DNA of 64,000 nucleotides from contig NIVC01000268.1 of the NCBI GenBank assembly GCA_002269645.1, positions 1 through 64,000 on the forward strand. Reading direction: 5' to 3'. Below the pieces are notes generated by a model, which worked only from the letters and a program-made list of their open reading frames with translations, did not search any database and was not told the DNA's origin. This document shows, piece by piece, positions 31,001-41,706 of this stretch (position 1 is the first letter of the stretch; every line of letters starts with the position of its first letter). Origin of the DNA: Macrostomum lignano. Taxonomy: Eukaryota. The translations under genes were made by a program, and so were the position numbers.

Positions 31001-34000
31001 TTTGTGGCGAAATTGCTATAAAATGATTATCAAACTCAGGAAACTCAAAGTCGCTAAAATTAGCTGTCATAGCATCAAAAAATTAAACGAGATTTTTTGT
31101 TGCTAGACAAAGCTTTAAACTTCCACTCGCCCCATGCACACAGCCAGCGATGACGGCAATCAGCCCATTCCGCAGACTCCTGAGCAACATACAAGCGCGC
31201 CAATACTGACAAGAGTCAGACGGGTTCACCTCTGAGCTGCTCTTTTGCCCTTCGCTTCTAAGTTATACTTATTCCATTACTGATAGTAGCAAAATGAAAT
31301 AACACTAGCGAAAATTGAAAAAGAAAGCAACAAATTTTAATTGCCATAGTTAAAAGTCTCCGGAAAATTAAATTAAATTCGTTACAGTCATGTCCTGCTA
31401 TGGTGTTGCTATGGTGTTGCTATATTGTTGCTACAGTGTTGCTATAGTGTTGCTATGGTGTTACTATATTGTTGCTATGGTTGCTATGGTGTTGCTATAT
31501 TGTTGCTATGGTGTTGCTATGGTGTTGCTATATTGTTGCTACAGTGTTGCTATAGTGTTGCTATGGTGTTACTATATTGTTGCTATTAGCCAATAATCCA
31601 GTCAAAAGTCCCATAGGAATCCCTAAAAAGTCACAATAGAATGCCTACAGAAGTCTCATAAAAATCCCTACAGAAGTCCCATAGGACACCCTAAAGAAAT
31701 CCCAAAAGAATCCACATTTAAGTTCCATAGGAATCCCCATAGAAGTCCCGAAAGAATCCCTACAGAAGTACTATAAGAATCCCAATAGAAGTCCTAAAAG
31801 AATCCCTAAAATCCCTATAAGTTCTAAAATAATCGATGTAGAAGACCCAAAATCCCTATGGAATTCGTAAAATATTTCTTATAAAGTCAGAAAACCAATA
31901 AAAAGATAAACAAGGACAAAAAGTACTTTCAACGTGGCCTCACTTCGATTGCCATTAAACCTCAGGTGACAGCCGCCAATGCAGGTGACGTTGAAGCACT
32001 GCTTGTTCAGCGACCGCGGAATCCGGAAGCTGAAGATGGAGTTGGGCGCCGGCTCACCCGCTGCTTCCTGGCCCAGCGAGACCGTGACGAAGCAACCAGA
32101 GTCACAAAAGCTGGCGGTGTCGTCACTGACGATGGCCGCGTGAATGGCCAGTGCAGGTGAGTTCACCAACTATGTAGCGTTCACCAACTATTAGTGAGTT
32201 CACTAACTATTAGTGAGTTCACCAACTACAGATAGTTCACCAAATATAGTGAGTTCACCAACTATTAGTGAGTTCACCAACTATAGTGAGTTCACCAACT
32301 ACAGTGAGTTCACCAACTACAGTGAGTTCACCAACTACAGTGAGTTCACCAACTACAGTGAGTTCACCAACTATAGTGAGTTCACCAACTATAGTGAGTT
32401 CACCAACTATAGTGAGTTCACCAAATACAGTGAGTTCACCAACTACAGTGAGTTCACCAACTATAGTGAGTTCACCAACTATAGTGAGTTCACCAAATAC
32501 AGTGACTTCACCAACTACAGTGAGTTCACCAACTATAGTGAGTTCACCAACTATAGTGAGTTCACCAAATACAGTGAGTTCACCAACTACAGTGAGTTCA
32601 CCAAATACAGTGAGTTCACCAACTACAGTGAGTTCACCAACTACAGTGAGTTCACCAACTATAGTGAGTTCACCAACTATAGTGAGTTCACCAAATACAG
32701 TGAGTTCACCAACTACAGTGAGTTCACCAAATACAGTGAGTTCACCAACTACAGTGAGTTCACTAACTATATTGAGTTCACCAACTATAGTGAGTTCACT
32801 AACTACAGTGAATTCACCAACTATAGTGAGTTCACCACCCAAGACACCCGGATTGCGATGAAATTGGGAATATTGCAATAAAATTGAAATAATTGCCGTA
32901 ATTGCAATTTTATTTCCCTAAAATTAGTTGAAATTGCAATTCACTTGTGCAAGTCACTTGTAATTATTGCAATTCTACTAAAATGCTTTACTCTCTACTT
33001 ACAGTAGAATACTTAGAATATTAAATTGGACGAATTGCAATTTGATTGTGAACTTTAACTGTTTTATAATTTTGTGTTAGCGATAAAGGAAATGAGCCAA
33101 TAACTACAGTTTGGATAGCCATATTTTGTAAAGATTAGTTTTAGCAGCATTTTTAAGGAAACTGTTTATAATTTGTTTAAGCGATGTATTAAGATTTGCT
33201 TTGAGCAAAAATGCTGCAAAATGTCCGCCATGTTTCTTCAATCATAAGTTAGCCATACAGCCTGAAGTATAGCTTTCCCTACTTGACTTGTTGTAATAGT
33301 TATGAACTCGTCATAATTATAATCAGCATTAATTAAAAAGCTAAGCCTGTAAAAGCTAACCAAATAATTATTCTAATAATATTAATTTAGTGCTTTTAAT
33401 TTCAGTTTCAGTAGCCTAGCCCCTATTTTATTGTAGGCCTAAGCCTAGTCTTGTGTTGTGCCTCTGTTGTGTGATATGATGACATAAGTATAATCTACAT
33501 CATAGAGTTGGTCTATTATATATAGACTATAGATTGGATAGAGAGGTGGCATGTAAGGCTGGCCCTATAAGATATTACCTGTAAATTTAATGTAACCTAG
33601 TTGGCTATGGTAGCAGGCCTGTGGGCAAAGTCCTACTTTGCTGCGTTAAATTATTTTGACGATAAAAAGTTAAAATCACGCTAATTAGAGTTACAGTTAC
33701 ACTGGAGTAGAGTTAGGAGAGTAGTTAGAAGGACGTAGGCCCATGTCAGCAATTAATAGTAGTGAGCAACCCAGTACATGAAGTTGCCGAACATCTTCTC
33801 CGGGAAGAGGCGGCGCCAGAGGAACTCATTCAGGTGAGTCTCGAACAATGTGCATCCTCGTGCCATGCATCCTTCGGAATTTGTCTTTGACATGTCCCAC
33901 GATCCCTCAAAAATGGTGTTGGTGTGCACGGTGGGGTCGTTAGGGTCGACAAAGTGCAAAAAAAGACTGTTCAAAAAAGAGGTCAAAATAATTTAATGCA

Positions 34001-37000
34001 GCAAAGTAGGACTTTGCCGGCCTGTGTTGTGTCTTTGTGTTCTGTTGTGTTTTCTTATAAAAAAACTAGCAAAGGCCTATTGCTTTGTGATAGTAGCCAA
34101 GTGGGTAGGGTAGGTCTAAATTGACTTTATTGTATAATAATAATAATGCTGCAAAAAGTGCAAAAATATTCTTATTATTATTATTATTATTGGAATATTA
34201 GCAATTAGCTAATTTATTTAGACAATATGAGCAATTATTAATTGGAATTTTAAGGAGCAGGCCTTGGCTATGTGAAGCCTAATATTTAAAAAAGCAATTG
34301 CTTTTTATATTTATAATTTGCTTTGCCCAATTGGCCTTTAAATTTTACTCATAGCTCTTAAACCCAAGTATAGTTATAGGTATAATATAGCCTAGCAAAG
34401 CTTTTCATTAGCTTAGCTTTCTTAACTTTAGTGTCCAAGACTTATATTATGGCTATAATGGACTTGCCACCTAGGCTATCTTATCTAACTATTCTAAATG
34501 TCTTTTTATTCTATTATTATATTCTATTCAAATATTATTTAAGACTATATTATTTAAAACCATAATATAGCCTAAATCATAATTTATTTAGTGTCTTTAG
34601 TAGGCATAATACACCTTTTCATGATCAATTTTGATCAAAATCCAATTCTAAAAACTAGTAGAAATTCAATTTAGACAATTCAGACTAGGCCTAGGGCAAT
34701 ACTTGTGGAAAATCAATTTAACAAAATCTAGTTCAAAAAATTCTGCACCAAAGCAAGGTTTAGCCATAAATAAAATTGTCTAGTTGAATTTCTGCTAGTT
34801 TTTTAGAACTAGACTTTGATCAAAATTGAATGTGAAAAGGTGTAATAACCAAATATTGTCTTATATAGTATATATTATAGTCTAAACTAAGAATTTTTAT
34901 GCTGGTTACATGACCTTCACTAAGTAAGTTAATCTAAAGATAAAAGTCCTTAGCCTATTTCTATATTTTAGTTTTGAGTTAAAAAATTGGATTTTAACTA
35001 TACTCAAATAAGAATCGTTAAATTAAGTTTAACTAATTACAAAGCCTAGTAGAGCCAAACTAGAAGTAAATTTGATCATAGGCCCCTAATCTATACTATA
35101 GAATAAGTCTAATGATAATGGTAAGTTATCTTGGTTATTGCATAAATTTTGTAATTTTGATCTATTTTGTAAATAGATCAGCCTAGACCTAGTTAGGAAT
35201 TATATGCTTGATGACTTTAATACATAGCCAAGGGCAAAAGGCAATGTCATTGCTAAGTCATTTACTATGTAGCCTTATTTTAGAATGAGTTTTAAATAGG
35301 CATATGATTAATATGTTGTTCTTTTCTTTTACCTATCTCTAATAACAAAACTATTTAAATTTTTCCAGCTCAACAGACCAGCAAAGGAGCAGCAGCCCAT
35401 CCAGGGTCCTAAGGAAGGAAGGAAGAACCAATGGCCCAATTTATTGCTACAAAAACAGACCAGCTCAACAGACTGATTTATTTATTGCTGCAAAAACGTA
35501 TTTCCTCACCATAATCCTAAAATGCATTAGCTCTAATTAATTCATTAAAATATAAATAGTATCTTGAGTCTTGCTAAAAATGTTGTCAATTTAATGTTTT
35601 GTTGAAGTGGTTGCTTGCAATTGGCATAAGTTGGTTTTGTTTTCTGAACTTGTTTGTTATTTTCTAATGGGCAAGTGTGTATTTATGTGTATGAGGGAAT
35701 CAATTAACTGAGTACTCTACTCTCCTATGAAACAAAAATCAACGCAGTAAATTAATTGTATGTATTACTAGTAGTAGCAAGATAAAAAGCGAAATTACAA
35801 TCAGAATTGCTTAAGCAAATTGTAATTTGATTGCCAATCCTCTTGTGCTAATTACAATTTAATTGTCACAATTGCAATCTAATTGTAATCTGCTTGTCGA
35901 GATTGCAATTTAATTATAATTTGCTTATCAAGATTGACAATCAATTGCCAATTAATTTGCAATAATTGCCCAATTTTGCAAATTCAATTGTAATTAATGC
36001 GCAATTATCACAATTTTGGGCGTCTTGGGCAACTATAGTGAGTTCACCAACTATTAGTTTCACCAACGAGTAAACTACAGAAGTTTGTGAAGTCACTAAT
36101 TGGTCACAAACATGTACATTATACACACAATACTTCCTCATACAGGTGCACCAGGATGCTGGGCTGGTCCTCCCTTCATCCGGTAGTGGTGCCGGATCCG
36201 CAGGTGACTCAGCTCAACCTCACAGAGTGGGACGACGCCCTCGTCCTAGCGAACCGCGGCCTGTGGTCGCATGTCGGACACGAAGTGGTGGCAGCCGAAG
36301 TGCTGAAGGTCGCACATCCAGTGGCTGCGGCAAAACGGCTGGTGGACTTGGCGCAGGTGCGTTTAAAATCTAGCCAAGAGCGCACACGCTAGCTCCAAGG
36401 TGCCAACCCCAATGCCACGGAGAGTGCACACTGCTGGCCGCTGTACACACAAGGACTAAAATTTCAGCACAAAAATTGTTATTGCTTTTGATAGGAGGGA
36501 GACCCAACGTTTGTCTTTTGGTATTACTTGCCTTTCTTATTGCTCTATAGATATTCATAAAGCTTTTCCATTAGAAAATTATGATTCTATGTTAATCTTA
36601 TATCCTACGTTTTGGTTCTATGAATCAATATTATCATTTTGTTACACTTTTGTTACAGTCAATAAGCTAAGCATGATAAAATATTTTTCAATGAGTCAAG
36701 CTCTGCCATTTTTATCATGCTAGGCACAGTACATGTAGGTGGGATATAAAATTAACATAGAATCCAAATTTTACAAACGAAAAGCAGTATGAATATCAAT
36801 AGAGCTATAAAAAACTTTGTGCTGAAATTTTTTTAGTACACCTGCCCCAATAGGGCCAGATGTGTAACCGACAGCTCAGCCGCAGCTATTGCACGGCGCA
36901 TCTGAAGGCTGCGTACGGCTGTTCAGTCCAGTCCCTGCTGGGGGGTCGCCACACAGGGGTGCCTTCACAAGGTCGAAATTTCACAACACCGAAAACTTTA

Positions 37001-38802
37001 GCAAGAGATTTCATAAGGTCGAAGTTTCACAAGGTCGAAATTTCACAACGTCGAAAACTTATTATAACAAGAACTATGCAGTAGTTTTCGATGTTGTGAA
37101 CTTTCGACCTTGTGAAATTTCGATCTTGTCAAAGAAGGTGCTTTCGACGTGAAATTTCGAGTTTGTGAAACCCCCCCCCCGCCACACACACCCTCAATTG
37201 CCCCAGCTAATGCTGGCACCCATTTTACAGCTGGGTGAACTGAAGCAAATGCAGAGTTAAGCGTCTTGCTCAAGGACACAAATTGTTCCAGTGAGATCGG
37301 GAATCGAACCCCTGACCTTCAAGTCGTGAGTCCGACGCTGTAACTACCAGGCTACAATCCTAGTGTATTTTTTGGAAAACCTGTTTCCTAAAGTTTTTCT
37401 AGAAACGTGTTCACCTTGTGTGAGCGTGTGCTTGCATGCGCAACTCACCCGGGCGCGTGCTCAGGGATCAGCAGGTTTTGCCATAGACTAATTCGGTCGA
37501 AAAAATCGGCCTCCTCCAAAAGAGCACATTACCCCACCGACCTTCATCTCATTTTTAAGAAAACCGACTGTAGCGTCCTGCTGATCCAGCTATCCAGGAG
37601 ATTACTTTGACATCTGCTCAATCTGTGACCAGAATCCTTCATCATACATTAACTGCCTTCTTCCACTCAACCACAGTCGCACGGCTCCAGCGGCAACATC
37701 TGCGTCCTAATCGTGAAGATCCGTCCCGAACTGCTGGCCAGGGCGCCAAGTTTTGCCGACGAGGACTTCGCCGCCTCATCCTCGGTGTTCAGCTTCGACT
37801 CGGACCAGTCTGAGGACCGCAGAGACCGGCTCGCCTGCGGCATGCGCGACCGCCTAGCCAGCGAAGTGAAGCACCAGGAGCTCGACGCCGACTTGGCCGA
37901 AGCGCTCAGCGGCGACGGCGGATCCACTGTCCCCGACGATCGATCGACGACGTGGACTTGGCAGCGGCGCCGGCGGCCGTCGATGTCGAAGAGAAGCGGC
38001 ATCGGCGCCGGCATGTCCGGCCTGCTGCTGCGGCATGTCCACGCCTCGCTGACCGCCTCGGATGTCGGCATTGACATCGGCAGCGAGTGGAAAACAAAGC
38101 ATCGGCAGCGTCGCTACGACGGTGGTGGAGACAGCGGAGACGACAGCAGCGATTGGGAGCTGGACTGGCGCTGGGACGCCGGCTCGTCGGTTGGCTACCC
38201 GGCCACTCTGGACAGCCGGCGGTCGTCGATTCCCGGCAGCCAGTCGGCTTCGGGCGACGCTGTCGATTTTGAATTGAGGGAGTCGCTTAATAGTCGGGGT
38301 AATTAAGTTGATGGCGTTTCGATTCTCACTTAGGGCAAGGGGTGTAGCTAGCTATTGTGGGATATTTTGATGGGGATGGCGCATCCTTTTGGGGCTTTAG
38401 CCAGGGGCGCCCGCACCAGGGGCTTTAGCATGAGGGGCGCGCGTTCTTAAAACCCGGCGCGTTTTTTAAAAAGCAAAACTGTAATTCATTGAATGCAAGA
38501 TTGTCCTGGATTAGCTTAAAGAGGCCGGTTAAAGTAGAGAACTGGTGGAAATGCAAAAAATTAAGTTTTAATGATTAGAGATATCGCGCTTCTAAATAAG
38601 AATTCAATTTTCTACCTTCTCAGCAGCTCCATCAGCTGTTGCTACAGCAGCAGCCCCAGCATCAGCTGTGAACCTCGGCCACCCACACCGGAACCTGGTC
38701 GACACCGGAACGGAGCCGGAAGCGCCCGGGTGCGATTTCCGTCTAAGCGTGCAACTGCCCGTGCCCAATTCGGCTCAGGGAGATGAAAATACCTGGCTAT
38801 AG
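18486..38802 (+). CDS. PHLPP: PH domain leucine-rich repeat protein phosphatase (PHLPP orthologue): RA, PH, LRR, PP2C-like, PDZ ligand
   Basis: Exons 18486-18598 (start tentative), about 19233-19843 (RA, start of PH), about 20865-21088 (PH; GC donor), 24298-24497, 24577-24723, 25556-25883, 26852-26972, 27865-28402, 29373-29666 (LRRs), [exon(s) not found], 31966-32156 (TAANAGD..DGRVNG), 36146-36356 (CTRMLG..LHPVVVP..GLW..AAAKRLVDLAQ), 37677-38298, 38624-38802 (ends ENTWL*, class I PDZ motif like DTPL/DTAL). Phases match at all junctions except 29666 to 31966. Confidence 0.9.
18795..19172. repeat. (TCAA)n microsatellite, PHLPP intron 1
   Basis: Direct reading. Confidence 0.97.
19857..20058. 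repeat. 15-bp minisatellite (GCGCCCCTGGTGCTG)
   Basis: Starts 13 nt after the donor at 19844; gives spurious LAPLV repeats. Confidence 0.95.
21105..22120. repeat. 11-bp degenerate minisatellite (GAGTCTGCTTT) interrupted by a SINE
   Basis: Same unit on both sides of 21622-21977. Confidence 0.9.
21622..21977 (-). mobile_element. tRNA-derived SINE, family B (near full length)
   Basis: Minus strand begins GGGGCCGTAGCCCAGCTG (tRNA-like A-box), has GGCTCGATTCC B-box and ends CTAATAAAAAAAA. Homologous to 12470-12815; degenerate piece at about 31130-31215. Confidence 0.75.
22615..24240. repeat. About 31-33-bp minisatellite (GTGGGTAATAAACAGCCCCCAGAATAACCGCA)
   Basis: About 50 units with a variable C-run; source of the 489-aa and 415-aa spurious ORFs. 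Confidence 0.97.
24830..25495. repeat. 23-bp minisatellite (CAGTGTCAAACTATAAGTGTCAG)
   Basis: Fills PHLPP intron 24724-25555. Confidence 0.95.
25905..26455. repeat. 15-bp minisatellite (AGATTAGATTGTGTC)
   Basis: Degenerate 5' half, homogeneous 3' half. Confidence 0.93.
27150..27830. repeat. 30-bp minisatellite (TTCCTCAAGGTCACTGGAGAGAAACTGGCT)
   Basis: Ends about 35 nt before the acceptor at 27864. Confidence 0.93.
28445..29205. repeat. 22-bp minisatellite (GAGGGGAATTAGAATGGTGTTT)
   Basis: Tandem array in intron 28403-29372. Confidence 0.93.
29690..30748. repeat. 19-bp minisatellite (CCGGTGATTCCCTGTCTAA) with higher-order variants
   Basis: Starts about 25 nt after the donor at 29667. Confidence 0.95.
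31395..31585. repeat. 11-bp minisatellite (TGTTGCTATGG)
   Basis: Same family as 11785-11965. Confidence 0.85.
32157..32837. repeat. 18-bp minisatellite (GTGAGTTCACCAACTATA) beginning at the splice donor
   Basis: About 37 units; resumes at 36030-36070 after a transposon insertion. Confidence 0.97.
33624..34018 (-). mobile_element. Merlin (IS1016/ISXO2-like) internally deleted transposon, 395 bp
   Basis: About 37-bp TIR GGCAAAGTCCTACTTTGCTGC..; perfect 8-bp TSD GGCCTGTG (33616-33623, 34019-34026); retains transposase C-terminus HFVDP..HTNTI.EGSW..K..HLNEFLWRR. Confidence 0.88.
34610..34844. mobile_element. Palindromic MITE nested in the 3.2-kb element
   Basis: TACACCTTTTCA...TGAAAAGGTGTA with about 70-bp inverted arms; flanked by ATAA on both sides (or TA TSD). 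Confidence 0.65.
36853..37362 (-). mobile_element. SINE family A copy, interrupted by an insertion
   Basis: Reverse complement of 14176-14448 apart from the insert at 36955-37179. Confidence 0.85.
36955..37179. mobile_element. 225-bp MITE inserted in the SINE
   Basis: 8-bp TSD CGCCACAC (36947-54, 37180-87), single-copy in the uninterrupted SINE; inverted subterminal AAGGTCGAAATTTCAC motifs. Confidence 0.75.
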
Positions 38803-38884
38803 GATTCCAGCATGTTGCTGCTGTATTACTTATTGCTAACTGACTGCATGACTGCACTGGACATCCCATCCTATCCTAGCACGT

Positions 38885-40250
38885 GTCGTCTCTACCCCCT
38901 GACCCCTTGTTCCCCCTCTAGCACCCCTGTCCCCCTCTAGCACCCCTGTCCCCCTCTAGCACCCCTGTCCCCCTCTAGCACCCGTCCTCCTCTAGCACCT
39001 CTATCCCCCTCTAGCACCCCTGTCCCCTCTAGCATCCCCGTCCTCCTCTAGCACCCCTGTCCTCCTCTAGCACCTCTATCCCCCTCTAGCACCCCTGTCC
39101 CCTCTAGCATCCCCGTCCTCCTCTAGCACCCCTTGTTCCCCCTCTAGCACCTCTATCCCCCTCTAGCAACCCTGTCACCCTCTAGCACCCCTGTCACCCT
39201 CTAGCACCCCTGTCCCCCTCTAGACCTCTGTCCCCCTCTAGCACCCCTGTCCCCCTCTAGCACCCGTCCTCCTCTAGCACCTCTATCCCCCTCTAGCACC
39301 CCTGTCCCCTCTAGCATCCCCGTCCTCCTCTAGCACCCCTTGTTCCCCCTCTAGCACCTCTATCCCCTCTAGCAACCCTGTCACCCTCTAGCACCCCTGT
39401 CACCCTCTAGCACCCCTGTCCCCCTCTAGACCTCTGTCCCCCTCTAGCACCCCTGTCCCCCTCTAGCACCCGTCCTCCTCTAGCACCTCTATCCCCCTCT
39501 AGCACCCCTGTCCCCTCTAGCATCCCCGTCCTCCTCTAGCACCCCTGTCCTCCTCTAGCACCTCTATCCCCCTCTAGCACCCCTGTCCCCTCTAGCATCC
39601 CCGTCCTCCTCTAGCACCCCTTGTTCCCCCTCTAGCACCTCTATCCCCCTCTAGCAACCCTGTCACCCTCTAGCACCCCTGTCACCCTCTAGCACCCCTG
39701 TCCCCCTCTAGACCTCTGTCCCCCTCTAGCACCCCTGTCCCCCTCTAGCACCCGTCCTCCTCTAGCACCTCTATCCCCCTCTAGCACCCCTGTCCCCTCT
39801 AGCATCCCCGTCCTCCTCTAGCACCCCTTGTTCCCCCTCTAGCACCTCTATCCCCCTCTAGCAACCCTGTCACCCTCTAGCACCCCTGTCACCCTCTAGC
39901 ACCCCTGTCCCCCTCTAGACCTCTGTCCCCCTCTAGCACCCCTGTCCCCCTCTAGCACCCGTCCTCCTCTAGCACCTCTATCCCCCTCTAGCACCCCTGT
40001 CCCCTCTAGCATCCCCGTCCTCCTCTAGCACCCCTGTCCTCCTCTAGCACCTCTATCCCCCTCTAGCACCCCTGTCCCCTCTAGCATCCCCGTCCTCCTC
40101 TAGCACCCCTTGTTCCCCCTCTAGCACCTCTATCCCCCTCTAGCAACCCTGTCACCCTCTAGCACCCCTGTCACCCTCTAGCACCCCTGTCACCCTCTAG
40201 CACCCCTGTCCCCCTCTAGACCTCTGTCCTCCTCTAGCACCCCTGTCCCC
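38885..40250. repeat. About 19-bp minisatellite (CTCTAGCACCCCTGTCCCC) with higher-order blocks
   Basis: Variant units recur in fixed order in blocks of about 200-280 bp. Confidence 0.95.
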
Positions 40251-41124
40251 TAATATGTAAAAATCAGCTGGCATCAGCTCATCTGATTAGGGACATATTA
40301 AATTATGCTAATATCTTATTAAGCAGTAAAATTTGCGAATTTTGTATCAATCCGTAACAACTTTACCTCGAATGATATTTTATACCAATACGCATATATC
40401 GCATATACACTAATTAAAGTAAAGTAACACAAAAATCAAATATTACTAAAAAAGTTCCAACAACTGTGTTTGAGATGTTACTTTTTTGGTTGTTCCTTTA
40501 AAACAGATGGTTTATTTTTATAGTAGAGCATTAATTATCAGATTAGAACACTAGAGTAAGGAAAGCGAACGTTAGAACACAGTGTATAAATAATTAGCTG
40601 CTAGGTTGCACTTACTATATGATTATTAATTATTATTATGTGAATAAAAACCGGTGAAACTGTGCAACGCAAGACCAACATACGATAAGCTTAGGCCGGC
40701 GGGTATTCATTGTTGCCATGACAACAGCTAAATAAATAATAGTAGCTATAGACACACGCATATTGGCCAATATTTACGTTTTGCTAGTTTTTGGATACAA
40801 AAAATGACAAACAGAACTATTATTAATTAGTTACAAAAACAGAACAAAATGAGTGCTTGCAGGTAAAAACCGGCGGATTAGTGGCGTTTCGGTTGCTATA
40901 CGCAGAGTCGGTGTTTGAAGTTTTACAACAAAAATGTCCATTCCAGTTGGATTAGTTAGTGCAGAATGTCTGCAGGTAATGAATCAGTACATTGCCAGCA
41001 GTTTGATGTATTTATTAAACAATGTTCACACAGGGCTCTGGCTTAACAATTAGTATTAAGGTTTTTTAAATTTAAGACTCAAAACTTAAGCCCGATAGTT
41101 CGAAATCTTACTCTAGACAGTTCG

Positions 41125-41578
41125 GAATCTCAATCTGACAGTGGAATCTCAATCTGACAGTGGAATCTCACTCTGACAATCTGGATTCTCACTTTAACAG
41201 TCTGGAATCTCAGCCTGACAGTCTGGAATCTCACCCTGAAAGTTTGGAATCTCACCCTGACAGTTTGGAATCTCACTCTGACAGTTTGGAATCTCACCCT
41301 GACAGTTTGGAATCTCACCCTGACAGTTTGGAATCTCACCCTGACAGTTTGGAATCTCACCCTGACAGTTTGGAATCTCACTTCAACAGATAACAGTTTG
41401 GAATCTCACCCTGACAGTTTGGAATCTCACTTCAACAGATAACAGTCTGGAATCTCAGCCTGACAGTTTGGAATCTCACACTGACAGCCTGGAATCTCAC
41501 CCTGACGGTTTGGAATCTCACCCTGACAGTTTGGAATCTCACACTGACCGTCTGGAATCTCACTCTGACAGTCTGACA
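41125..41578. repeat. 21-bp minisatellite (CAGTTTGGAATCTCACCCTGA)
   Basis: Just 3' of the SR gene stop codon. Confidence 0.92.
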
Positions 41579-41706
41579 GCCTACTATAAAACTTGAGATA
41601 TAAACAGCAAACATTAAAAAATTCAGTTTAAATTCCTGTAAAAGCAGCCACAAGCCCCGCAGGTCAGTTACAAACTAAACGACAAAAGTTCGAAGAATCC
41701 AGGCAC

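Larger units (their letters stand above)
32838..36029. mobile_element. 3.2-kb non-autonomous DNA transposon, CMC/EnSpm-like
   Basis: Termini CCCAAGACACCC...GGGCGTCTTGGG; 2-bp TSD CA splitting one 18-bp unit (TTCAC-CA|...|CA-ACTATA); inverted subterminal AATTGCAAT arrays at about 32870-33050 and 35790-36020. Confidence 0.75.

Noticed and set aside
38299-38306. PHLPP stop at 38306 as given by the ORF track
   Set aside because: A phase-1 donor at 38299 joins exon 38624-38802, which ends in a PDZ-binding motif; read-through to 38306 is at most a retained-intron isoform.
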